64,000 bases of DNA, taken from the NCBI RefSeq assembly GCF_006345805.1, contig NC_043023.1, positions 19,220,001-19,284,000 on the forward strand. Direction: 5' to 3'. Below, one piece after another: positions 25,321 through 38,365 of this stretch. The notes under the pieces are model-generated. The model saw only the letters and a program-made list of their open reading frames with translations, was not told where the DNA came from and made no database searches. This DNA comes from Octopus sinensis. Taxonomy: Eukaryota. Numbering within the stretch: the stretch's first letter is position 1; every line of letters starts with the position of its first letter. The position numbers were made by a program, and so were the translations under genes.

Positions 25321-26340
25321 AATGATGGAAGCAGAAGAAAGCAAAAGAATGAAGGAGGGAAAAAACGAAAAAGCGTAACAAAATCTCTTTAATTTATCTA
25401 TTTTGCGAATGAAGGAGGAAGAATGAGAGACAAAACAGACGTCAGTGAAATTTGAACTCTCAGTGTAGGGGTCCAAAACCTGAAGACATTCTTATCTACC
25501 GTCTCACCACCATTCTAATTCCTCGACCAATTTACCGTCTGAAGTCTGAGAGACAATGAATGAAGCTAGAAGTAGCATAGAGGTAGTATATAGTATATAG
25601 GCAGTATTGAACTTTAGCAGCCCCCACAGAACCGACTTCTTGGAGAAGAGGGAGTGGGATGCTAAAGTATAACAATGGGAGTAACTAATAGTGTATCTTT
25701 ATAAATAACAATTATATGTATTTATGCATGAATACAAGAAAAATTTGGCAGGCTTTCAGGTTAGCTGTCCCCACATAAGTTGAATTTTATCCGTTTCACG
25801 TCAGGATTTACCAATTTTTCAACATTTTTTCTTTACACCACGCATTTCAAAGACCCTTTTTAAATACCCAAAAGAAAAAAGAAATTTTTCTTTTTCGAGA
25901 TTCATAATTTTTTAACGTTTGCCCTTTCTCGCCGACCAGTGTTTGATTTTAGCATCCCCCAATTCTGTGCCTTCGTGAGGGGAATGGAAAGAGATACTAA
26001 ATATAACAAAAGGATGGTTATAAATATATCTATTCTCCACATATATTTTTTTTTGCACCACGCACTTCAAAACGATGGGAGAAACAAATCTTTCTTGAAA
26101 AAAGGGGGCGGTGGAGGGTTCGAAATCTTTGACTTTTGAACGTCACCCCTTCTCCCCTCTTGCACCAGTATTGAACTTTAGCGTCCCCGAAGACTGCTTC
26201 GATGAGGAAAGAGAGTGAGATATTTAAATATAACAAAAGCATAAACTATAAACACATATACCCACACATCCAAATTGAAATGAAACGAAATGCATGGAAT
26301 TTGAAAAGAAACAGGGGTTTTGATGAGGAAAAAGCCTTAC

Positions 26341-26976
26341 CTTCAAGTTCATTAATTGGCTTCCCACGTGCTAAATGTCCAATTAATTTTTTCCATGTCT
26401 CGGCTAGTCTTAGATTCTCTTGGAAATTTTCCTGGCAGAATATTCCAAATGTCACGGACAACCTGTGCCGGATTTGCCGACCGCTAAGGATTTTTCGTCT
26501 GAAGGGGTAGGCATATACAGTAAAATACGCCTGGCTGTCGTCCGGGGTTTTCCCTCTATAACAATGACAACCTATAACATCGTTTAGGTTAATACAAAAC
26601 TCAGTGTTATTATCGTTGTAGGAATTGTCGTTCCAAGCGTGACCACCACCACCACCGCTGATGTAGCTATTATTGTAATTATTATTGCTGTTAGTGTTGG
26701 TATTCGTATCATAATAATTATTGTTGTTGATGTTATTACGATTGTGAGGATGGTTTTCGTGATGATGACGGTTGTAATTGTTGTGAAGGTGGTGGTGGTG
26801 TAGGTGGTGGTTGTTACTGTGGTTGTGGTTGTTGTTGTTGTTGTGATGGTGTTGGTGTTGGTGGTGGTATGTGGTGTTGGTGATGTTGGATAAAGTGCCG
26901 CCTTCGGAAGCGGCACTCGTCTCCTTAGAGGCACAAACTGGTGATGACAGAGGCTGGGGCTGCGCTGCGGTTTGTT

Positions 26977-27010
<34 letters not shown>

Positions 27011-27385
27011 TGGTGTTGTTGTTTTCGTAGGTCTTACCCCTCCTGGTAAGGACTCGACCGAAGGGTTTCTCTGATCGTCAGCTGGTCCCTTCTTCACGCT
27101 ATCGTTCCATTCACTGTAATCTCTCGGGTTCGTATCGAAGCTGACTTCCCGAGCAGGGTTCGAACTCGCAGCCACGGGGTTGCCTCCTCCGAAACCCAAA
27201 CCAGCTGCCGTTTTGTCGGTGCCGCCGCTGCTGTTATTAAACCACGACGATTCGTCTTCGTCGTTGTTATCGTTGTACGGCCAATATGTCAGAGAACCCC
27301 GTCTCAGAACCAATAAATATCGCTTCTTGCGGGGATAGAGGGTGACGACCGTCTTAAGAACTACACAATGTTTGTGAGAAGCCAT
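26341..27385 (-). CDS. SPHK2: Sphingosine kinase (SPHK2-like), first coding exon with PH-like N-terminal region
   Basis: LYPRKKRYLLVLRRGSLTY and INLNDVIGCHCYRGKTPDDSQAYFTVYAYP..R.RLSVTF...ENFQENLRLAETWKKLIGHLARG match the SPHK2 N-terminus as I recall it (EVSGCCTLRSRSPSDSAAYFCIYTYP...EENRAEAQRW). Donor GAAG|gtaagg at 26340, 1045 nt, phase 1. Confidence 0.85.
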
Positions 27386-27949
27386 TGGTAGCGGTGAAGG
27401 TGATGAAGGGCTTCACTCTGAAGGGGGACACGTTGATTTGCGAGTAAACTGTATAATAATAATAATAAATGGAAAGCTGTATGGACGGCAGCATTAAGTT
27501 TGATCAAAACCTGGCTTATTCTAGTGGCTTTGTTCATAAAAATCCAATGTTTTTCCTGTGTATTTTGGCTGCTGGAGAGGAGACCAAGCAGTCAATGTTG
27601 CTCTCTCTCTTCATAGTGTTGTAATGGTGTGCTTGAAAGAGCTTGTGTGTGTATATGTATGTCAATATGAATGAATGAGTATCTATATATATCTATATAT
27701 ATATATACAACATATATACGGTGTGTTTATGTATAGGAAGAAGAAAGAGAAGATAATACGTGTGTGTGTATATCCATGGCTGTGTGTACGTATGTATGTG
27801 TGTGCGTATACATCAGTGTTCAAGCAGATGTGTTATTGTGTGTGTGTGTGTATATATATATATACACAGTGACATGTGCGCTTGGAGGAAAAGCGGGAGG
27901 AGGGCCAACAGGAGCGGAAAAGCTTGAGTGACTGCTGGCCTGCAGAGGC

Positions 27950-28030
27950 AACCTTCTCTCTTTCTCTTTCTCTCTCTCTCTGTCTTACTCTTTCTCCTTA
28001 TTGATTCCTTCGCCTCACTTTCTCACGCTT

Positions 28031-28067
<37 letters not shown>

Positions 28068-29930
28068 CTAGTAATCAATCTCAAGTCCTCTCTTACCCTC
28101 TCACTCATCCCTCCCTCTCTCTCGCTCACCCTCTCTCTCTCTCTCACTCGCCCCTCTCTCGCTCACCCTCTCACCTTTCTGTTTATCGCTACCTTTGTCT
28201 CACTCACCCTTGCACTCTATTAATCAATCTCCAACGCTCTCTTACCCTCTCTGTCTATCTCTACATCTCTCTCTCACTCAATAACACTCACTTTTACTCT
28301 ATCTATTGTTACCTCTCTCACCCTCTCCCTCCCTGCCTATGTTCTAATCAATCTCCAACGCTCTCTTACCCTCTCTGTCTATCTCTATGTCTCTCTCCCT
28401 CTCTTTCACTCAATAACTCACTTACTTACTCACTCACGTTTACTCTGTCTATTGTTACCTCTCTCACCCTCTCCCTCCCTGCCTATGTTCTAATCAATCT
28501 CCAACGCTCTCTTACCTCTCTGTCTATCTCTACATCTCTCTCTCACTCACTTTTACTCTGTCTATTGTTACCTCTCTGACCCTCTCTCTCTGTCTATGTT
28601 TCAATCAATCTCCAACGCTCTCTTGCCCTCTTTGTCTATCCCTACGTCTCTCTCATTCAATAACTCACTCACTCACTCTTACTCTGTCTATTATTACCTC
28701 TCTCTCTGTCTATGCTTTAATCAATCTCCAACGCTCTTACCCTCTCTATTTCTACGTCTCTCTCTCTCTCTCTCTCACTCAATAACTTACTCACTCACTC
28801 TTACTCTGTCTATAATTATCTCTCTCTCTCACTCACCCTCTCTCCCTGTCTATGTTTTAATCAGTCTCCAACGCTCTCTTACCCTCTCTATTTCTACGTC
28901 TCTCTCTCTCACTCACTTTTACTCTGTCTATTGTTACCTCTCTCTCTCTCTCTGTCTATGTTTTAATCAATCCCCAGCGCTCTCTCACTTTCTCTCTCCC
29001 ACTCACTCTCACATTCTCTCTCTATCCTTACCTGTGTCATTCACCCTCACACTCACACTCTTTCTAATCAATCTCTAAAGCTCTCTTACTCTATCTATCG
29101 CTATCTGTCTCTCTCTACCGCATCGTCTGCTTCCCTCTCTCTCCTCTCTCTCTCTCACTCTGTCTATCAATCTCCTACACTCTCTTACCCTCTCTATCGT
29201 CACTTCTCCCACACATTTTCTCTCTCCTTCTCTCTCTTTAACACTCACTGTCTATCGTTAAGTCATTCATCCTCTCTTCCTTTCTGTCTTCATCAATCAC
29301 TCACTCTCTTTTATCCCCTTTATCACTACTTATTTCACTCATTCTCTCTCTCTCTATCACTCTCCTTCTTTGTCTACACCGCTCATCCTCTAACTCTCAC
29401 TTTCTCTACATCTCTCTCTTACTTTGTCTAATACTACTTATGTCCCTTTCTCTCCCGTCTCTCTCTCTCTATTTCTTAATCAACCTCTAATTCTCTCTTA
29501 CTCTTTCTATCTTTCACTACCTTTGTCTCTCTCTCTCTCTCTGTCACCCTCTCTTTCTCTTCTATCTCTGTCTTTCGCTGCCTCTACCTCTCACTCTTAC
29601 TTTCTCAATTGATCGTTATATCTTTCTCTTCCACAGTTTTCTCTCTCTCTCTCTATCTCTGCCTCTGCCTCTCACTCTTACCTTCTCTATCGATCGTCTC
29701 TTTCTCTCTCTTCACCTTGTCTATCACTGTACCTGCTCCTCCTCCTACTCTCACTTTCTCAATCAATTTCCTCTCTCTTTCAATCGCTCTCTATCACTGC
29801 CTCTGCCTCTCCTCCCACCCTCACCTTCTCTATCAATTTCCTCTCTCTTTCATTCGCTCTCTATCACTGCCTCCGACCCCTCCTCCCACCCCCACCTTGT
29901 CTATCTATCAATCTCTTTCTGTCTTGCTCG
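27950..29930. repeat. Pyrimidine-rich minisatellite tract (diverged units of roughly 100-130 bp, taatcaatctccaacgctctc...)
   Basis: Recurrent aatcaatctccaacgctctc motif; almost no purine runs on the + strand. Confidence 0.85.
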
Positions 29931-29944
29931 CTGCCAACATTGAA

Positions 29945-29980
29945 TCATGTGACACGCTGACCTGCGATGACGTCATCGCA
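29945..29980. promoter_or_regulatory. CRE (TGACGTCA) in a perfect 18-bp palindrome plus adjacent E-box TCATGTGA
   Basis: tgcgatgacgtcatcgca at 29963-29980, about 2.6 kb upstream of the SPHK ATG. Confidence 0.4.
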
Positions 29981-30399
29981 CAGAGGATGAGGAAGAAGCA
30001 AAGATGGGTTTGCGTGCATCTGTGTACGTGTAACCTCTGTTTGGGAAGCAGGATAAGCTCTCTGTATGTGTCAGTGTGTGTGATAATGCCTTCTGTGTAT
30101 GCGTGTGTGTGCCATGCTTTCCCTGTGTGAATGTGTGCGCCTCTGCGTGAGGCTAACTGTGTGCGTGTGTGAATTAGTATGTATAGGGGTGAGGTGCTTT
30201 TAGTGTAAGTGTATGAAGGTCTGTGTGAGTGTGAGTGAGAGACGGAGTGAAGTGGGGAAGTATGGGAGCGCGAAAGTGAAGAGGTGCTTTTGTGGTGATT
30301 ACTTAATAGAAGTCAGTCAGTGGCTATTATCACTGTAGTTAAAGCCTGTGCTTGGCTATGGCGGATGACAAGGACGATGATGAGAGGAAGAGAGCGTGG

Positions 30400-31350
30400 G
30401 AGAAGAAAGGAAGAGAGAGAGAGAGAGAGAGAGAAAGGAAAGGAAGAGAAAGAGGGAGAAGGTGTGGAAGAGAGAGAGAGAGAGAGATAGAAAGGCAAGT
30501 AGAAAGAAGAGGAAGGAAAGGAAAAGGAAAAGGTTATAAGGTGAGGAAGAGAAAGAGGGAGAGACAGACAGAAAGGCAAGTAGAAAGAAAAGGAAGAGAA
30601 AAAGGTTAAAAAGGTGAGGAAGAGAAAGAGGGAGACGGCGTGGAAGAGAGAGAGAGACAGACAGAAAGGCAAGTAGAAAGAAGAGGAAGGAAAGGAAGAG
30701 AAAGAGGGAGACGGCATGGAAGAGAGAGGGAGAGAGAGAGAGACAGACAGAAAGGCAAGTAGAAAGAAGAGGAAGGAAAGGAAGAGAAAGAGGGAGACGG
30801 CATGGAAGAGAAAGGGAGAGAGAGAGAGACAGACAGAAAGGCAAGTAGAAAGAAAGGGAAGGAAAGGAAAAGGAAAAAGGTTAAAAGTGTGAGGAGAGAA
30901 AGAGGGAGAGACAGACAGAAAGGCAAGTAGAAAGAAAAGGAAGAGAAAAAGGTTAAAAAGGTGAGGAAGAGAAAGAGGGAGACGGCGTGGAAGAGAGAGA
31001 GAGACAGACAGAAAGGCAAGTAGAAAGAAGAGGAAGGAAGGAAGAGAAAGAGGGAGACGGCATGGAAGAGAGAGGGAGAGAGAGAGACAGACAGAAAGGC
31101 AAGTAGAAAGAAGAGAAGGAAAGGAAGAGAAAGAGGGAGACGGCATGGAAGAGAAAGGGAGAGAGAGAGAGACAGACAGAAAGGCAAGTAGAAAGAAGAG
31201 GAAGGAAAGGAAGAGAAAGAGGGAGACGGCATGGAAGAGAGAGGGAGAGAGACAGACAGACAGAAAGGCAAGTAGAAAGAAAGGGAAGGAAAGGAAAAGG
31301 AAAAAGGTTAAAAGTGTGAGGAAGAGAAAGAGGGAGACGGCGTGGAAGAG
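30400..31350. repeat. Purine-rich minisatellite (agacagacagaaaggcaagtagaaag...ggagacggcatggaagagag)
   Basis: About 13 recurrences of gaaaggcaagtagaaag. Confidence 0.9.
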
Positions 31351-32161
31351 AGAGAGGGGTGGGAACAGAGCGACAAATAGAGAGAGAGGGGGTAAAAAAA
31401 GAGAGAAGCAGCGAGAAAGGAGAGAAACAGAAAGACAGGGAAAGAGATGGACATAGAGAAGGAGAAGAGCAAAAACAGTGGGAGAGAGAGAGAGAGAGAC
31501 AGCTAAACAGAATGGAAGAGAGAGAGAGAGAGAGAAATTGAGGATGGGAGAGAGAGAGGAAGAAGCAATTAGAAAGAATGGGAGAGAGAGGGAGAGGGAG
31601 TAAAGCAGAGTGAGGGTAGAGGCGCGTAAGGAAAAGGAAACAGAGAGAGACTGATAAAGAAAAAGAAAGAGAGATGCAGACACGGGAGAAGAAAGAGATA
31701 CAGAGAAAGAAGGAGAGAGAGAGAGAGAGATGTGGGAGAAGAATAAAGAAAGAGAGGAAGAAGAGATGAAGGAACACGCTTAAATTACCTTCGGAATGGT
31801 AAAAGTGCGAAAGATTTCGTAATAAAGGGAAATAAGTGAAGTGGAACAACGCTAACAGTGACCCTGAATTGCACGTGTGTGCGAGTGCGCGTATGTGTTT
31901 ATGTGTATTATATACACACTTCATTAATGTATATATATATAGACAGGAAAAAAGACCGATAGATAAATGATATATTTATACACAGGTGGACACATTTCTA
32001 TATACACATAAACAAACTATCAAAAATATAGATAGATACATGCATAGATATTTAGAGAAAGAGATAGGTAGATGGATAAATAGAGAGAGACAGAGAGAGA
32101 GAGAGAGACAGACAGATAGATAGATAGATAGATAGATAGACAGACAGATAGATAGACAGAC

Positions 32162-32196
<35 letters not shown>

Positions 32197-33649
32197 CAGA
32201 CAGATAGATAGATAGATAGATAGGTAGATAAATATATAAATAGATAGATAGATAGATAGGCAGATAGACAGATAGATAGACAGATGGATGGATAGATAGA
32301 TAGATAGATAGGTAGATAGATAGATAGATAGATAGATAAGATAGATAGATAGATAAATAGACAGACAGATAGATAGATAGATAGACAGATAGATATAGAT
32401 AGATATGTTTCTTTATTAGCCACACAGGGCTGCACACAGACAGAACAAATTACAAGGTAGAGCTTTTCTTTTGGGGGTAAAAAAAAGGGGGTTGGTTTTC
32501 GATCAAAAGGGATCGTAAAAGGAAAGAAAGAGGACGATAGATAGATAGATATCAGATAAACAGATAGACAGATACATACAAAGAAAATTAGAAAAATGGA
32601 TAAATAGGCATGATGCAATTGAAGCAAAATTTTGAATTTTTATAGTTTCATCTTAAATGTAATATCTTAAATGTACTATTTTCAATATCAAACATTCCTT
32701 TTTCATTTTTCCCCCTTTTTTTATAATTTTCCTTCTAGTCCACACTGAAGAATTTCCCTTCAACTACTTACACCCCCATACACACACACATACACATCAT
32801 CAAATGTATCTGTTTATACATAGGCGTAGGAGTGGCTGTGTGGTAAGTAGCTTGCTAACCAACCACATGGTTCCGGGTTCAGTCCCACTGCGTGGCACCT
32901 TGGGCAAGTGTCTTCTACTATAGCCTCGGGCCGACCAAAGCCTTGTGATTGGATTTGGTAGACGGAAACTGAAAGAAGCCTGTCGTATATATGTATGTGT
33001 TTGTGTGTCTATATTTGTCATTGCTTGACAACCGATGCTGGTGTGTTTACGTCCCTGTAACTTAGCGGTTCGGCAAAAGAGACCAATAGAATAAGTACTA
33101 TGCTTACAAAGAATTAGTCCTGGGGTCAATTTGCTCAACTAAAGTTGGTGCTCCAGCATTGCCACAGTCAAGTAAAAGAATATACATACATACACACAAA
33201 AATATATATCATCATCATCATCATTGTTTAACGTCCGTTCTCCATGCTAGCATGGGTTGGGCGGTTCAACTGGAGTCTGGGAAGCCAGGAGGCTGTACTA
33301 GGCTCCAGTCTGATCTGGCAGTGTTTCTACGGCTGGATGCCCTTCCTAACGCCAACCACTCCGTGAGTGTAGTGGGTGCTTTTTACATGCCACCGGCACA
33401 GGTGCCAGACGAGGCTGGCAAACGGCCACGGTCGGATGGTGCTTTTTACGTGCCACCGGCACGGGGGTCAGGCGAGGCTGGCAAACGGCCATGGTCGATG
33501 GTGCGTTTTACATGCCACCGGCACGGGGGCCAGGCGAGGCTGGCAAACGGCCATGGTCGGATGGTGCTTTTTACGTGCCACCGGCACAGGGGTCAGACAA
33601 GGCTGGCAAACGACCACGGTCGGATGGTGCTTTTTACATGCCTTGAAAA

Positions 33650-33960
33650 TTGTTTGGTTACGACCCAAAGGGCCAGGGAGAGATCGATGATAAGAATATC
33701 ATCTAGAGAGCACATTTAAAATGAGATAATTGAGAACGGAATGGAATGAACAATGGGATCACACAAAATTGAAAGTACGAGTTCCCCTGGGCTGGACATG
33801 TCGCAAGGTTCACAGATAATAAGCAGACCCATGCAGTTACTGAGTTGTATCCAAGAGTTTGGAAAAAACAAATTAAGAAGGTGTCCAAGATAATGGTAGA
33901 ATGATTTGGTCAAGTAATTTCAGTGATGACGACGATGACAACAACAACATTGATGTCATA
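33650..33960 (+). mobile_element. Second RTE-clade LINE remnant
   Basis: WAGHVARFTDNKQTHAVTELYPRVWK from 33788, followed by (GAT/AAC)n. Confidence 0.65.
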
Positions 33961-34243
33961 ACAACGATTATGATGATAACATACATATCTTCACATAATT
34001 ATACTGTACTATTGAATAATTCTACAGTTTAATGATAAATTATTTATATACATACATACATATATATATATGCATATATATGCGCATGTGGTGGCTGTGT
34101 GGTAAGTAGCTTGCTTCCCAAGCACATGGTTCTGGGTTCAGTCCCACTGCATGGCACCTTGGGCAAGTGTCTTCTACTATAGCCCCGGGCCGACCAATGC
34201 CTTGTAAGTGGATTTGGTAGACAGAAACTGAAAGAAGCCCGTC

Positions 34244-34276
<33 letters not shown>

Positions 34277-35214
34277 GGCGCAGGAGTGGCTGTGTGATAA
34301 GTAGCTAGCTAACCAACTACATGGTTCCGGGTTCAGTCCCACCGCGTGGCACCTTGGGCAAGTGTCTTCTGCTATAGCCCCGGGCCGACCAAAGCCTTGT
34401 GAGTGGATTTGGTAGACGGAAACTGAAAGAAGCCTGTCGTATATATGTATATATATATGTGTGTGCGTGTATGTTTGTGTGTCTGTGTTTGTCCCCCTAG
34501 CATCGCTTGACAACCGATGCTGGTGTGTTTATGTCCCCCGTCACTTAGCGGTTCGGCAAAAGAGACCGATAGAATAAGTACTGGGCTTACAAAGAATAAG
34601 TCCTGGGGTCGAGTTGCTCGATTAAAGGCGGTGCTCCAGCATGGCCGCAGTCAACTGACTGAAACAAGTAAAAGAGTAAAGAGTATGTGTGTGTGTGTAT
34701 TTATAAATATAGGTACATAACTTAGATAAACTTGAATGGGTTTCAACAATTATTGTCCCAAACGATATCTAACCTAATTACACAACCTGGTGAAGTCGGT
34801 CATTTTTAATTAGATATTGCATCACTCTCACCTGCATTTATCATCATAGATTTGGCTGACGAAAATATGTGCAGTTCTCAGTAGTTTTTCCTGGGATTTT
34901 TTGGAGAAATTTTCCCAAAGTATTGTTTTGAAAGTCAGGGTGTCTTTCCTTTACTTCTGTGAAAAAGTCTTCTTCCTGTCTGTCTGTCTGTCTCTCTTCT
35001 GTTCTCTTACTTGTTTCAGTCATTTGACTGCAGCCATGCTGGAGCACCGCCTTTAGTCGAGCAAATTGCAAATTGACCCCGGGACTTATTCTTTGTAAGC
35101 CCAGTACTTATTCTATCGGTCTCTTTTGCCGAACCGCTAAGTAACGGGGGACATAAACACACCAGCATCGGTTGTCAAGCAATGCTAGGGGGACAAACAC
35201 AGACACGCAAACAT

Positions 35215-35253
<39 letters not shown>

Positions 35254-35495
35254 CATATATACGACGAGCTTCTTTCAGTTTCCGTCTACCAAATCCACTC
35301 ACAAGGCCTTGGTCGGCCCGAGGCTATAGTAGAAGACACTTGCCCAAGGTGCCACGCAGTAGGACTGAACCTGGAACCATGTAGTTGGTAAACAAACTAC
35401 TTACCACACAGCCACTCCTGCGCCTATCTTCTGTTCTTTTATTTTATTTTACTTCTTTGAAAAAGTCTATCTTCCTGTCTGTCTATATCTATCTA

Positions 35496-36775
35496 TTGGG
35501 TTGTCCGGAAAGTTTGTGTCGATTTTTAAAGGAAAGAAAAAGGTCAATAAATACTTGCCATTACATTTTTAATCAACCAAATATGAACCATTTTGTTGCA
35601 CAATGCGTCTCCATCTTTCCTTTAACTTGAAAATACCCTCTTCCCAGATTTGAGGTGGTTTCATGGCAAAGAATTCATCAAGGTATCTTTTTACATCATC
35701 CAAGGAATTGAAATTTTTACCATTAAGACTATTCTGCAGAGACCTGAATAAGTGGTAATCCTACGGAGCAATATCTGGTGAATATGGAGGGTGGGGTAAC
35801 ACATCCCAGCCGAGCTGCAGCAATTTTTGTCTGATTCCCAAAGGAATGTGTGGTCTTGCATTATCATGTTGGAAAACAACACCCTGTTAGCCAATTCTGG
35901 ACGTTTCTCTTGAATTGCTGCTTTTAACTCGTTCAGTTGTATGCAGTAGTTCTCAGAATTAATTGTCTGGTTACTTGGGAGAAGCTCATAGTACACAATT
36001 CCTTTCCAATCCCACCAGACACAAAGCAAGACTTTTTTAGGGTGAAGACCCACTTTGGGGGTGGCTAAGGGTGGCTCATGTCACTTACTCCAGGATTGCT
36101 TTCTCTGAACATTTCAGTAGATAATCCATTTCTCATCACCTGTCACAATTTGCTTTAAAAAAGGTGTGTTTTCATTCTGTTTATAAAGTGAATCACAGAT
36201 GGAAATGCGATCCAAAAGGTTCTTCTCACTCAACTCATGTGGTACCCAAACATTGTAACGATTTGTGTACCGAAGCTTTACCAGGTGCTCATGAATGACG
36301 AAGTTTGATAGGTTGAGGCTTTCTGCCAATTCTCGGGTTGTCCAATGTGGGTTATTCTCAAGTAATGACTTGATTTGGTCATCATCTGTAATGGATGGTC
36401 TGTCTGATCGCTCTTTATCAATAAGGCTACAATCTCCAGCTCAGAACCTTGCTAACCACTTCCGTATGGTTCTTTCGGATAAAGAAACATCACCGTAAAC
36501 TGTGCATATTTCTTTGGTTGCTTGTGGGGCATTTTTCCCTTTACGGAAAAAGAAAAGCATCAAGTGCTGAAAATGAACTTTCTTATCTTCCATTTGAAAG
36601 GGTTACGGAATTAACACAGGTTATAGGAACATAAACCTTCTTCCACGAAAAGATAGCTTAAACTGTGCTCTAAATTGAGGTGTAGTTAAATTCTATTTTA
36701 TGGACTCAACCATGTTCTAAAATAAGTCGAAAGGTAAGCTACTATAAATTGGCATGAACTTTCTGGACAACCCAA
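35496..36775 (-). mobile_element. Full-length defective mariner (DD34D) transposon, 1280 bp
   Basis: TIRs ttgggttgtccggaaagtt... / ...aactttctggacaacccaa, each flanked by TA. Transposase ATG at 36593 with WVPHEL, GDEKWI, HPKKVLLCVWWDWKG, HDNARPH and YSPDIAP*DY motifs. Several stops and a frameshift. Confidence 0.95.
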
Positions 36776-36810
36776 TATCTATCTATCTATCTATCTATCT
36801 ATCTGTCTGG

Positions 36811-36841
<31 letters not shown>

Positions 36842-37418
36842 TCTATCCATCTATATATATATATCTATATCCATCTATATCTATCTATCTCTCTCTCTAT
36901 ATATATATATATAAATACATAAATATATTATTATATATGTATAAATATATATGTATATATATATATATATTATATGTAGAAAAATACAAACTGGGACTAG
37001 AATGTAAAACATTTAGAAGACAATACAAAAAACACAGACGGGACATTCAAAGCCTTCAATCTTCAGTCAAGAACCGGATCATCCTCGCAATTTTGGCTGA
37101 TTAATCTTGAGATCGCTCCGATCCGGCCAGCCCCAAGGAATAACTAAGCTACGAGCATTAGATTTCTTGGAAAAAGGATCGAATGTATACGAAACAGGGA
37201 CAGAAAAACGGACGATTCCACACGAATATAAATACAAAAAACAATAATGGTAAAAACAGGACAAAAACAGGTATGGAATAATTGGGAGCAATGGTTGATT
37301 GGAGCTGGTGGAATGTGAAGAAAACATAAACTCAGATAAAAAGACATCCATATTGCAGAAAAGACTCCTTCCAGTCTTTTCCAGGGGGTGAAATGATTAA
37401 AGAAGACTATTTTAGGAA

Positions 37419-37718
37419 GATGGGGCTCCTTGTCACACGGCTAAAATGACCAAAGAATTGTCGGATGAGAATGGCATTAAAAAGCTTCCATGGCCAAACC
37501 AGTCAGCAGATATGACCCCTATTGAACACCTCTGGGGCATAATGGACAGGATACTTCGTAAAGAAACACAAGAAAACATCTTCAAAGCCAGATTTTTTAG
37601 ATTACTGCATGAAATTTGGTAAGAAATTCCTCAAGAGAATATTCGTCATCTGATCAGTAACATGCCTAATAAGGTCCTTGCATTAAAAAATGCAGAGAAC
37701 ATGTCTACTAAATATTAG
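37419..37718 (+). mobile_element. Tc1-family (DD34E) transposase C-terminal remnant
   Basis: DGAPCHTAKMTKELSDENGIKKLPWPNQSADMTPIEHLWG, with 34 residues between D and E. Confidence 0.8.
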
Positions 37719-37977
37719 ATATTCACATTGTAATCTCTATATATATTTCTTTACTGCCCACAAGAGGCTAAACACAGAGGGGACAAACAAGGACAGACAA
37801 ACGGATTAAGTCGATTACATCGACCCCAGTGCGAAACTGGTACTTTATTTATCGACCCCGAAAGGATGAAAGGCAAAGTCGACCTCGGCGGAATTTGAAC
37901 TCAGAACATAGCGGCAGATGAAATACCGCTAGGCATTTCGCCCTACGCACTAACGTTTCTGCCAGCTCGCCGCCTAA

Positions 37978-38365
37978 TCTCTATATATATATAAAGCTGA
38001 AGTTGTCTGTGTGACAGGTTTGGTAGCCTTCAACACTATTTCCTCCAAGACCCTGTGGCACAAGTTGACCAAAATTGAGAGTATGATAGAAGAAGGCTTG
38101 CTCTTCCTTCTGTAGAAGAAAAAATTCAAATCAGACCATGTTAACACCAAAAATTATTTACATCAAAAAGGTGCTTTTTTTCTATGAAAATCTCTATTTT
38201 TTACGATTTTTTGACTGCTGTGTTATCATTTTTCAGTGTATTTCAACCAGAAAAATGTTCGCTTGAAGAGAGTAACAAGCTACATAATGCAAAATTTTTA
38301 CTTTTCAAAAATTCCAATTCTAAAGGGTCAAAACAAACCCGAGCAACACCGGGCGATACTGCTAG
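37978..38365 (+). mobile_element. Non-autonomous Helitron
   Basis: 5' A|TCTCTATATATATATAAAG; 3' CCCGAGCAACACCGGGCGATACTG-CTAG|T. Confidence 0.75.

Noticed and set aside
24727-25476. Poly-F/L/S ORFs of up to 249 aa
   Set aside because: Antisense reading of the GAA/CAA repeat.
28001-31924. LSLS-rich ORFs of up to 456 aa
   Set aside because: Products of CT/GA minisatellites.
34790-34975. Minus-strand frame QEEDFFTEVKERHPDFQNNTLGKFLQKIPGK as an exon
   Set aside because: Unrecognised peptide, no convincing acceptor, and the upstream frame runs through a microsatellite and a SINE.
37075-37095. TCCTCGC as an HDV-like ribozyme L3
   Set aside because: The flanking bases cannot form P3 and no P1.1 GG follows P1.
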